Origin: an uncultured Gammaproteobacteria bacterium
GTDB taxonomy: Bacteria > Pseudomonadota > Gammaproteobacteria > Steroidobacterales > Steroidobacteraceae
Length of the DNA: 64,000 nt
Direction of reading: 5' to 3'
NCBI GenBank assembly: GCA_963701975.1
Contig: OY969692.1
Location: forward strand, 995,754 to 1,059,753
Part shown: one piece after another, positions 37,042-45,893 of the stretch
Position numbering within the stretch: position 1 is the first letter of the stretch
Layout of the letters: each line of letters begins with the position of its first letter
The notes under the pieces: generated by a model
What the model saw: only the letters and a program-made list of their open reading frames with translations
Databases searched by the model: none
What the model was told of the DNA's origin: nothing
Translations under genes and position numbers: made by a program

Positions 37042-38535
37042 TCACGGTGTCGCCGTGGCTGGCGATGGCGGCGGCAGCCCCATCGCCTGAAACAACGCCG
37101 CCGTGTCGATCAGGCGCGCAGCGCTGTCCTGAAGCTCGGACAGGGTGGCGCTGCGCCAGCGCTGCTCGCTCGCCAGGCTCGCCGGGTACGACACCGCTCC
37201 GAGCTGGTAGCGGCTGTGGTTCTCGCTGAATGACTGCTGGGCGGCGGCGGCGGCGAGCTGCGCGGACTGCAGCGCCAGGGCGTCCTGGTTCAGCGCGGTC
37301 AGCGTGTCGGCGACATTCTGGAACGCATTGAGCACGGTCTGCCGATACTGCGCCAGGCTGGCGTCGTAGTTGGCCGCCGCCGCCTTGCGCTGCGCGAGCA
37401 GCGCGCCACCGTGAAAGATCGGCTGCGTCAGCATCGCGCCCGCGCTCCAGACCGCCGTCTGCGGGGTGAACAGCGAAGCGCTCTGGAAGGTCGCGGAGCC
37501 GAACGATGCGGACAGCGCGATCCGCGGAAACAGGTTTGCGGTCGCCACGCCCAGCTGCGCCGCGGCGACGTGGACCGAGGCTTCGGCCGCGAGCACGTCA
37601 GGGCGCTGCTGCAGCAGGTCGGACGGCACGCTGACCGGCACATCGGCCGGTAACTGCAACTGCGACAGCGACAGTGCAGCCGGCGCCTGATCCGGCGTGC
37701 GGCCCATCAGCACGGCGAGCGCATGGCGGGCGCGCAGCGCCTGGGTGCGCTGCGACGGCAACGAAGCGTCGATCGCCGCAGCGTTCTGCTGCGCCACGAG
37801 CACATCGTCATGCGAGGCGGCCCCGGTGCGATACGCTCGCTCAGCCAGATCCGCCTGCTCATGCGCCAGCTGCGCAAGCCGCTCGTTGATCGAGAGCGCC
37901 TCGGCGAGCGCCGAGGCATTGACCGCGCCAATGACGATGTTGGCAGCGAGCGCGCGGCGCGCCGCGGACAGCTGATAGGACTGCAGATCCAGCTGCGCGG
38001 CCGCGCCGCGGATGCCGTAGCGCACCGCACCCGACAGATCGAAGGTGTAGCTCAGGCTGAGCTCGCCGGCGTAGACGTCGTAGAGATTGGTGGGCGGCCC
38101 GATGCCCGGCAGCCCGATCGCGCGCTGGCGGCTGACCTGGCCGCCGGCGTCGATCGAGGGCAGCACCGAATCGCCGACCTGCGCCCGGAACTGCTGGTGC
38201 ACCGCTTCCACGGTATGGCGTAGCGCGTCGAGCGAGGCATTGTGGCGCAGGCCTTCATCGACCCAGGCGTCGAGGGTTTCCGACCCGTACAGCCGCCACC
38301 ATTGCGGCAGCGGCGGCGCGCCCGCGTCGAAGCGCTGCGCGATGCCGGCGGCCGCGACCGTGGCATCGGGCGGCGCCTCGGCCGCATAACCGGCGCTCGC
38401 CGCCGGCGCCGTCGGTTTGCCGCGCGGCGCGAGCGCGCAGCCGGGCAGCAGCAGCACGGCAAGCGCGAACAGGCCGGGCAGCGCTCGACGCAGCCGCCGC
38501 CTGCGATGCGGGCCAACAAGCACGGTGCGGTTCAC
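37042..38535 (-). CDS. RND efflux outer-membrane factor lipoprotein (NodT family)
   Basis: Lipobox LLLPGC. 497 aa with a two-repeat OMF-like sequence. The start overlaps the RND pump stop. Confidence 0.88.
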   Translation of the reverse strand: MNRTVLVGPHRRRRLRRALPGLFALAVLLLPGCALAPRGKPTAPAASAGYAAEAPPDATVAAAGIAQRFDAGAPPLPQWWRLYGSETLDAWVDEGLRHNASLDALRHTVEAVHQQFRAQVGDSVLPSIDAGGQVSRQRAIGLPGIGPPTNLYDVYAGELSLSYTFDLSGAVRYGIRGAAAQLDLQSYQLSAARRALAANIVIGAVNASALAEALSINERLAQLAHEQADLAERAYRTGAASHDDVLVAQQNAAAIDASLPSQRTQALRARHALAVLMGRTPDQAPAALSLSQLQLPADVPVSVPSDLLQQRPDVLAAEASVHVAAAQLGVATANLFPRIALSASFGSATFQSASLFTPQTAVWSAGAMLTQPIFHGGALLAQRKAAAANYDASLAQYRQTVLNAFQNVADTLTALNQDALALQSAQLAAAAAQQSFSENHSRYQLGAVSYPASLASEQRWRSATLSELQDSAARLIDTAALFQAMGLPPPSPATATP

Positions 38536-41500
38536 GAGCTCACCTCCGGGCGCGGCTCATCGGAGCGCACGCGAAACCAGGCCGCGTACAGCGCCGGCAG
38601 AAAGAACAGCGTCAGCACCGTGGCCACCGTGATGCCGCCCATCAGCGCGGTGGCCATCGGCCCGAAGAAGTTACTGCGCAGCAACGGCGTCAGCGCCAGC
38701 ACCGCCGCCGCCGCGGTCAGCGTGATCGGCCGGAAGCGTCGCACTGTTGCGTCGACGATCGCATGCCAGCGCTCGTGCCCGGCGCGGATGTCCTGTTCGA
38801 TCTGGTCGAGCAGGATCACCGAGTTGCGCATGATGATGCCGAACATCGCGATGGTACCGAGCATCGCGACGAAACCGAATGGCTTGCCGAACAGCAGCAG
38901 CGAGCCGATCACGCCGATCAGGCCGAGCGGCGCCGTCAGCACCACGATCAGCGTGCGGCTGAAGCGCTGCAGCTGGATCATCAGCAGCGTCAGCACCGCA
39001 ATCAGCAGCAGCGGCATCTGCGCGTTGATCGAGCCCTGCGCCTTCTGATTCTCCTCCACCGGTCCGCCGACCTGGATGTGATAGCCGACCGGCAGGGCGC
39101 TGCGCAGCGCACGCAGTTTGCCGTCGATCGCGTTGGTGAGGTCGAGACCCTGCACGCCGTTGCGCGTTTCGGCCTGCACGGTGATCGAGGGCTGGCGGTC
39201 GCGCTCCCAGATCACGGCATACTCCAGAGCGTAGCGCACGCGGCCGAGCTGCCCGAGCGGGATCGCCTCGCCGCCGGGGGTCGGGATCGAGAGCTGCTCG
39301 ATCTGATCCGGATTCACGCGCTCGCTGCCCGGTGCACGCAGATCAATCGGAATCAGCTTGTCGCGCTCGCGATACTTGCTGGTGGTGTATCCGGACAGGC
39401 TCATGTCGAGGAAGTTCGCGACATCCTGCGACGTGATGCCCAGCTGGCGCGCCCTGACCTGGTCGATTTCGAAGCGCACCGAACGCTCGGCCGGCTCGTC
39501 CCAATCGAACTGCACGTTACGCGTGCCGCGCTCGGCGCGCATGATCGCGGCCACCTGTTCGGCGATGCCGCGCACCGTCGCGATGTCGTCGCCGTTGACG
39601 CGAAACTGCACCGGATATCCGACCGGCGGCCCGCTCTCGAGACGACTGATGCGGCTGCGCACCGCGGTGAAGTCGCGCGCCAACAGGCGGTCGAGATACT
39701 GCGCCAGCTGCTCGCGCCGCTCGACGTCCCTGGCGGTAATCACGAACTGCGCGAAGTTGGGCTGGCTCAGTTGCTGATCCAGCGGCAGGTAGAAGCGCGG
39801 CGCCCCGCTGCCGACGAAGCTGGCGTAGTTGCTGATCTCGGGGCGGCCCCGGATCGCGGCCTCGAAGCGCTTCACCTGGGCGAGCGAGGCGTCGATTGAC
39901 GCCCCTTCCGGCAAGCGCAGGTCCACCAGCAGCTCCGGCCGGTCGGAGCTCGGGAAGAACTGCCGCGGCACCAGCGCGAAGCCGGCCAGTGAAATCACGA
40001 ACAGCACCAGCACCAGCCCGAGCACCAGAAAGCGGCGCCGCAGGCAGAAGTCGACCCAACCGCGAAAGCGGCGGTAGAACGCGGTGTCGTAGATGTCGGG
40101 CTCGCCCTGATGGTGGACGATCGCCGCCGCCGGGGCCGCTCGAGAGCGGCGCGGCAGCGCTCGCCGCCACCATTCGCCGCCGGATGGCGCGCGTCGGGGC
40201 TGTTCCGGCAGCAGGTGATAGCCGAGCAGCGGAATCACGACCACCGCGGCCAGCCACGACAGCAGCAGCGCGATCGCCGAGACCTCGAAGATGGACCGCG
40301 TGTATTCGCCGGTGCTCGACTTCGCGAGTGCGATCGGCAGGAAACCCGACACCGTGACCAGCGTGCCGGTCAGCATCGGAAACGCGGTGCTGCGGTACGC
40401 GAACGCGGCGGCGCGCACCCGGCTCCAGCCCTGCTCGAGCTTCACCGACATCATCTCGACCGCGATGATCGCATCGTCCACGAGCAGCCCGAGTCCCAGG
40501 ATCAGCGTGCCGAGCGACACCTTGTCCAGACCGATGCCGAACAGCTGCATGAACAGCGCCGTGGCCGCCAGCACGAACGGAATCGAGATCACCACCACCA
40601 GGCCGGTGCGCAATCCCAGGCTCAGCAGGCTGACCAGCAGCACGATCGCGATCGCTTCGGCCACCGACTCGAGGAAGTCGTCGACCGAATGCGAGACCGC
40701 GCGCGGCATGCTGGTGACCTCGGCCAGCTTCAATCCGGCCGGCAGACGCTGCTGCAGCCGCTCGGTCGCGCGCTCGAGTGCCTTGCCGAGCTGGATCACA
40801 TCGCCGCCGGGCTGCATCGAGACGCCGATGCCCAGCACCGGCTGCCCCATGAAGCGCATCTGCGGTCCGGCCGGATCGTCGTAGCCGCGTCGAATGGTCG
40901 CGATGTCGCCCAGACGCAAGCTCTGGTTGTTGATCCGCAGCAGCGTGTCGCCGATGGCCTCGGGACTGTCGAGCTGGCCGCTGGGCCGGACGAACACCCG
41001 GTCATCGGCGGTGGCCAGCACGCCGGCAGCGGCCACCGCGTTCTGTTGCCCGATCGCCTGCGCAATCTGCTGCGGACTGATGCCGAGCTTGGACAGCCGG
41101 GCGTTCGCAAGCTCGATGTAGATGCGCTGATTCTGGTCGCCAAAATAGTCCACCTTGGCGACGCCGGGCACCTGCAGCAGTTCGACCCGCAGCTGATCGG
41201 CGTAGTCATGCAGTTGCGCCGGCGTGAAGCCATCGCCCTCGAGCGCATAGAGATTGGTGTAGACATCACCGAATTCGTCGTTGAAATACGGTCCCTGCAC
41301 GCCCGCGGGCAGCTGGTAGGCCATGTCGCCGACCTTCTTGCGCACCTGGTACCAGGTCTCGGGCACGCGTGCGGCCGGCGCGGAATCCTTGATGTTGAAG
41401 AAGATCAGCGATTCGCCGGGGCGCGAGTAGCTGCGCAGGAAGTCGATCAGCGGCGTCTCCTGCAGCTTGCGCGCGATGCGGTCGGTGACCTGTTCCTGCA

Positions 41501-41762
41501 CCTGCCTGGCGTCGGCGCCGGGCCAGTAGGTCTGGATCACCATGACCTTGAAGGTGAACGGCGGGTCCTCCGACTGCGACAGACCGCGGTACGAGAGCAT
41601 GCCGAACAGCGCCACCAACGCCATCAGGAAGAACACCAGCGGCTGGTGCCGCAGCGCCCAGGCCGACAGGTTGAAGCCCGCCGGCTCATCCGGCGAGCTC
41701 ACCACGGGGGCCGCCGGGCTGCCGGCAGCGCCGCCCGCGACGCCGCCGGGCGCCTCGCTCAT
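38532..41762 (-). CDS. RND efflux pump inner-membrane permease (AcrB/HAE1-like)
   Basis: 1076 aa with 12-TM RND architecture. Flanked by the MFP and OMF genes with 4-nt overlaps. Confidence 0.92.
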   Translation of the reverse strand: MSEAPGGVAGGAAGSPAAPVVSSPDEPAGFNLSAWALRHQPLVFFLMALVALFGMLSYRGLSQSEDPPFTFKVMVIQTYWPGADARQVQEQVTDRIARKLQETPLIDFLRSYSRPGESLIFFNIKDSAPAARVPETWYQVRKKVGDMAYQLPAGVQGPYFNDEFGDVYTNLYALEGDGFTPAQLHDYADQLRVELLQVPGVAKVDYFGDQNQRIYIELANARLSKLGISPQQIAQAIGQQNAVAAAGVLATADDRVFVRPSGQLDSPEAIGDTLLRINNQSLRLGDIATIRRGYDDPAGPQMRFMGQPVLGIGVSMQPGGDVIQLGKALERATERLQQRLPAGLKLAEVTSMPRAVSHSVDDFLESVAEAIAIVLLVSLLSLGLRTGLVVVISIPFVLAATALFMQLFGIGLDKVSLGTLILGLGLLVDDAIIAVEMMSVKLEQGWSRVRAAAFAYRSTAFPMLTGTLVTVSGFLPIALAKSSTGEYTRSIFEVSAIALLLSWLAAVVVIPLLGYHLLPEQPRRAPSGGEWWRRALPRRSRAAPAAAIVHHQGEPDIYDTAFYRRFRGWVDFCLRRRFLVLGLVLVLFVISLAGFALVPRQFFPSSDRPELLVDLRLPEGASIDASLAQVKRFEAAIRGRPEISNYASFVGSGAPRFYLPLDQQLSQPNFAQFVITARDVERREQLAQYLDRLLARDFTAVRSRISRLESGPPVGYPVQFRVNGDDIATVRGIAEQVAAIMRAERGTRNVQFDWDEPAERSVRFEIDQVRARQLGITSQDVANFLDMSLSGYTTSKYRERDKLIPIDLRAPGSERVNPDQIEQLSIPTPGGEAIPLGQLGRVRYALEYAVIWERDRQPSITVQAETRNGVQGLDLTNAIDGKLRALRSALPVGYHIQVGGPVEENQKAQGSINAQMPLLLIAVLTLLMIQLQRFSRTLIVVLTAPLGLIGVIGSLLLFGKPFGFVAMLGTIAMFGIIMRNSVILLDQIEQDIRAGHERWHAIVDATVRRFRPITLTAAAAVLALTPLLRSNFFGPMATALMGGITVATVLTLFFLPALYAAWFRVRSDEPRPEVSS

Positions 41763-42895
41763 AGCGGCGCATCCTCGGCGTGCGGCGGGGCGACCGGCTC
41801 GACCTTCTCGCCAGCCGCCACGGCATGCACGCCCTGCATCACCACGCGCTCGCCGGGATTCACACCGCCACTGAGCAGCACGTCGCGCTCGCCGTAGCGG
41901 CGCACGGTCACGGGTCGCAGCTCCAATCGGGAATCGGCTGGCCGTACCACCCAGACCGCCGGTTGTTCCTTGTCGTGAAACAGCGCGGTGGCGGGGATGC
42001 GCAGATCGCGGGCGCTGCCGGCGCTCGCTTCGAGCGCGACTTCGGCCGTCATTCCCAGCGGCAGCGCCTGCGCATCCTCGCCGAGCGTGAGCTTGATGCG
42101 ATAGGTGCGCGCCTGCGGATCGGCGGCCGGGGAGATCTCGCGTACGCGCGCCGCATAGCTCCGGCCCGGCAGCGCCGGCAGACTCACGGTCGCGGCCTGG
42201 CCCACCGACACTCCGGCCAGTTGTGCCTCCGGCACGCCGAGCACGACGTCGCGTTCACCCGACCAGGCAAAACCGAATACCGTCTGCCCGGCTGCGAGCA
42301 CCTGACCGACCTCGGCCTGCTGACTGGTGATGGTGCCGTCGTGATCGGCCGCGAGCGTGTTGTAGCTCCATTGCGCCTGCGCCAGCGCCAGCTGTTGCCG
42401 CGCCTGATCGCGCGCCGCCAGCGCCGAGGCATAGGCGTCGCGGGTCTGATCGAGCTGCAGCTGGCTGATCAGGTTCTGCGCGCTCTGGGCTTCGTCGCGG
42501 TCGCGCGTCAGCAAAGCGAACGCCAGGCGATGCTCGGCGGCATCGAGCGCGGCCTGTGCCGAGGCGCGCATCTTCGCGGCATCGGCATCATCGAGCCGCG
42601 CCAGCACCTGACCCTTCCTGACCCGATCGCCGAGCCGCGCGTCGCGGACCAGTAATTGCCCGGCGACCCGAAACGACAGCGGCATCTCGTAGCGCGCATG
42701 CACCTCGCCGGGAAAGCGCGCGCTGACGGAAGCATCGACCGCCTGTACCGGCAGTGCGATCACCGCTCGCGCCGGCTCGGTCGCGCCAGGCCCGCGTCCG
42801 CACCCCGACAGCAGCGCCAGCGCGGCGGCAAGCATCGCAGCGCCGGGGCGGGAACGTCTGAAAGCGCCGGTGGCGCGCACTCCGGGCTCGTTCAT
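41759..42895 (-). CDS. RND efflux periplasmic adaptor (MFP)
   Basis: The ATG at 42895 is preceded by AGGAG. Lipoprotein-like signal LAAALALLSGC. Coiled-coil hairpin region. Confidence 0.85.
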   Translation of the reverse strand: MNEPGVRATGAFRRSRPGAAMLAAALALLSGCGRGPGATEPARAVIALPVQAVDASVSARFPGEVHARYEMPLSFRVAGQLLVRDARLGDRVRKGQVLARLDDADAAKMRASAQAALDAAEHRLAFALLTRDRDEAQSAQNLISQLQLDQTRDAYASALAARDQARQQLALAQAQWSYNTLAADHDGTITSQQAEVGQVLAAGQTVFGFAWSGERDVVLGVPEAQLAGVSVGQAATVSLPALPGRSYAARVREISPAADPQARTYRIKLTLGEDAQALPLGMTAEVALEASAGSARDLRIPATALFHDKEQPAVWVVRPADSRLELRPVTVRRYGERDVLLSGGVNPGERVVMQGVHAVAAGEKVEPVAPPHAEDAPL

Positions 42896-43065
42896 GCTTT
42901 TACTCCTGCTGCAGCAACCACCGCCGCGACTTGCCCGATCGTGCGGCCAACCGGGGCGATCCGCCGCTGCCGCCATTGATTCACGATTGAATTCTAATAC
43001 CTACTGGTATCTGAAATCAAACCGGTATTCCAATTCCATTGCGGCGGACGTGGTATCATTAAGGA

Positions 43066-43674
43066 ATGGCTCGCAAAAGACTCACCCGCGAGGAGAGCCG
43101 GGAGCTCACCCGCTCGCGCCTGCTCGAAGCCGGCGCGGTGATTATCGCCAAGCACGGGCTGAACGGCGCCAGCGTGGAGGATATTGCCGCGCACGCCGGC
43201 TACACACGCGGCGCGTTCCATTCGAACTTTCGCAGCAAGACCGATCTGTTCATCGAGTTGCTCAAGCGCGACCACCAGGACGTGCAGCAGGGTTTGCAGC
43301 AGATCCTGGGCGCGGGCCTGTCGAGCGAGGACCTGCAGCGACAGCTGCGGCTGTTCTACAGCGAGGTCTATCGCGGCAACATCAGCTACGTGTTGTGGGC
43401 CGAAGCGCGGCTGCAGGCGCTGCGTGATGCGCGCTTTCGTGCACGCCTGGCGGCATTGCTGCTCGAGAAGCGCGACATGATCGCCTATTTCATCACCCAG
43501 TTCTGCGAGCTGATGCGGACACCGCCACCGGCGCCGGCCGGTGATCTGGCGTTCGCGACCATGGCGCTGATCGATGGCATGCGCTTCTACAACGCGTGCA
43601 TGCCGGGTGAACTGCCCGATGCCAAGGCGCAGGCCGTGCTCGGCACCATCTTCGCCGCGACCTTCTTCGATTGA
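43066..43674 (+). CDS. TetR-family transcriptional regulator
   Basis: HTH ASVEDIAAHAGYTRGAFHSNFRSK. Divergent from the RND operon. Confidence 0.88.
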   Translation: MARKRLTREESRELTRSRLLEAGAVIIAKHGLNGASVEDIAAHAGYTRGAFHSNFRSKTDLFIELLKRDHQDVQQGLQQILGAGLSSEDLQRQLRLFYSEVYRGNISYVLWAEARLQALRDARFRARLAALLLEKRDMIAYFITQFCELMRTPPPAPAGDLAFATMALIDGMRFYNACMPGELPDAKAQAVLGTIFAATFFD

Positions 43675-44568
43675 GCGGGGCCCGGCGGCATCTGGCGGGG
43701 CTGCTGTGCGCGTTCGCGTGGCTGGCGCCGGTCAGCGCCGCGCCGGCCGCCGAGGCGCACCCGTTGCGGCTGCAGGATGACGATCAGCATGTGCTCGAAC
43801 TCGCGCGGCCCGCGCAACGCATCGTGAGCCTGGCCCCCGGGGCGACCGCGATGCTGTTTGCGGCCGGCGCGGGCGATCGTGTGATCGGCACCAGCGATTA
43901 TTCCAACGAGCCCGCGGCTGCCAAGGCGATCGAGCGCGTCGGCGACAGCCAGAGTTTTGACCTCGAGCGCATCCTCGCGCTGCACCCCGATGTCGTCGTG
44001 GTGTGGGGCGGCGGTACCTCGCAGATCCAGCTGGCGCGCCTCGAAGGCGTCGGGCTGCGCATCTATCGCCACCGCGTGACGCGGCTCGACGATATGCCAT
44101 CGAGCCTGTTGCGGCTGGGGCGCCTGGCCGGCACCGAGCCGCAGGCACAGGCAGCCGCAGCCAGAGCTGGCCGAGCGCATTGCCGCTCTGCGCAATCGCT
44201 ATCGGCAGGCCGCGCCCGCCAGGGTGCTGATCCAGGTGTGGGATCGACCGATCTATACGGTCGGCCGCGCCGAAATCATGAGCGACGTGATCAACGCCTG
44301 CGGCTACCGCAACGTCTACGAGGATCTCGCCGATCCGGGGCCCGCGGTGACGCTCGAGTCGGTACTCGCGCGCGACCCGGACATCATCCTGGCGCTGGCA
44401 CCCGATGAGCGCTCCGGGCGCGACTGGGTGGCCGACTGGCGCGCGTATCCTTCGATGCGCGCAGTGCGTTCGGGGCGGGTCCTGGCCTGGACCGACCAGC
44501 GCCTGAGCCGCCTCGGGCCGAGCATCGTCGATGCGGCCGAGGATCTGTGCGCGGCGCTGCGGCACTGA
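43671..44568 (+). pseudogene. btuF: Periplasmic cobalamin-binding protein BtuF, split by a +1 frame change near nt 44150-44170 (pseudogene or assembly indel)
   Basis: Frame 3 holds the signal peptide plus RIVSLAPGATAMLFAAGAGDRVIGTSDYSN...HPDVVVVW. Frame 1 holds ELAERIAALRNRYRQAAPARVLIQVWDRPIYTVG...VLARDPDIILAL. The span is 898 nt, i.e. 3n+1. The TTG start overlaps the tetR stop. Confidence 0.7.
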
Positions 44569-44717
44569 GGCGGTGCTGCGGCACCAGAGCCATAAGCCCG
44601 GGTTATAAGCAGTGATACGGACGCGTCGCAACCGGATCGGCGCGTAGCATCTCATTTGGCTTCGGACAATCAATGTCCGAACGGCCGTGTCATTGGGGCA
44701 AGAACGGGGAGAGCTAT

Positions 44718-45173
44718 ATGAACATCGGTGAACTGTGTCGGCGCGAGGTGGTCACCGCGGTCGCGTCCGATGAGCTGCTTGCGGCAGTGAAGCTGATGCG
44801 GGCCAAGCACGTCGGCTATCTGGTGGTCGTCGAGATGGATCTTAGGGATCAGCTGGCCAGGCCGGTCGGCGTTCTGAGCGACCGGGACATCGTGGTCGGC
44901 GTGGTCGCAAGCGACGCGGACGTGCGCTCGCTGCGGGTAGGGGACGTCATGACGCAACGGCCGGTGACGGCATTGGAGAGCGATCCGCTGACGACCGCCC
45001 TGAACCGGATGCGCGGAGCGGGCGTCAGGCGCCTACCCGTCGTAGGTAGCCTCGGGCAACTGGTGGGGGTGGTGTCGCTCGACGATGTGCTGGCCCACCT
45101 TGCCGGGGAGCTGGAGACCGTCGCGGGAGCGATCGGCAGAGAGCAACGGTTCGAAGCCGCGCTGCGCCCCTGA
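44718..45173 (+). CDS. CBS-pair domain protein
   Basis: Two CBS-like repeats (VVTAVASDELLAAVKLMRAKHVGYLVVV and VTALESDPLTTALNRMRGAGVRRLPVV). GGGGAGAG lies upstream of the ATG at 44718. Confidence 0.8.
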   Translation: MNIGELCRREVVTAVASDELLAAVKLMRAKHVGYLVVVEMDLRDQLARPVGVLSDRDIVVGVVASDADVRSLRVGDVMTQRPVTALESDPLTTALNRMRGAGVRRLPVVGSLGQLVGVVSLDDVLAHLAGELETVAGAIGREQRFEAALRP

Positions 45174-45206
45174 AAGTCTGGGGCTGCGGCTCGCGGCTCG
45201 AACGCC

Positions 45207-45755
45207 TCAGGAGAGCACGTGCACCGTGCTGGCCTGCGGCCCCTGATCGCCGGCTTCCTCGGCGAAGCGCACCTCGGTGCCGGTGGTAAGAGCGTCGAAC
45301 GGACGACCCAGAACGCTGTTGCGGTGAAAGTAGATCAGCCGCCCATCCTCGGCCTGAATGCGACCGAAGCCCTCGTGATCATAGAGTTCGCAGATCCGGC
45401 CGTGCGGCAATCCCACGTGCGCCTTGACCTCGCGCCGGTGCCGGCGCTCGTAGTCGGCGAGCCTGCGGCGCGCGGCACGGAACGCGTCGCGCAACGCGAC
45501 GTATGGATCCTCGTGGGCATGGCTGCCCGGATGCGCCCGTTGAATGGCGATATGCGCACCCGGGACGGTGATGTCGAGATTGATATTGAATAGACGGCCC
45601 TGATTCTGATGCTTGTGCGGTTCTTCCACGGTCACGTGGCAGTGCATGATGTGGGCGCTGAAACGCTCCAACCTTGCCGCGAGCTCGCGGATTCTTGCTT
45701 CCAGGGCGGGCGATGCTTCGGCATCGCGAAATGTTATTTGCAGTGGCAGTTGCAT
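45207..45755 (-). CDS. HPF/RaiA-like ribosome-associated domain fused to a cold-shock-like domain
   Basis: N-terminal part: MQLPLQITFRDAEASPALEARIRELAARLERF...VTVEEPHKH (S30EA/HPF pattern). C-terminal part: GRICELYDHEGFGRIQAEDGRLIYFHRNSV...GTEVRFAEEAGDQGPQASTVHV (CSD pattern). AGGAGGAGGA lies before the ATG. Confidence 0.75.
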   Translation of the reverse strand: MQLPLQITFRDAEASPALEARIRELAARLERFSAHIMHCHVTVEEPHKHQNQGRLFNINLDITVPGAHIAIQRAHPGSHAHEDPYVALRDAFRAARRRLADYERRHRREVKAHVGLPHGRICELYDHEGFGRIQAEDGRLIYFHRNSVLGRPFDALTTGTEVRFAEEAGDQGPQASTVHVLS

Positions 45756-45893
45756 TCCTCCTCCTAGCCTGGCGTACGCGAGCCATCCTCGCCTGCCGCC
45801 GGGCGGCGTGGAATACGAGTATCTACATACAGAGGAAAGGTGCCGCGGCTTGAGTCGAGCGGCCCCGAACCGAGACCGCGGCCAATTCGAGCC

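Noticed and set aside
40110-41897. 595-aa plus-strand ORF opposite the RND pump gene
   Set aside because: Shadow ORF. The RND permease on the other strand is unambiguous.
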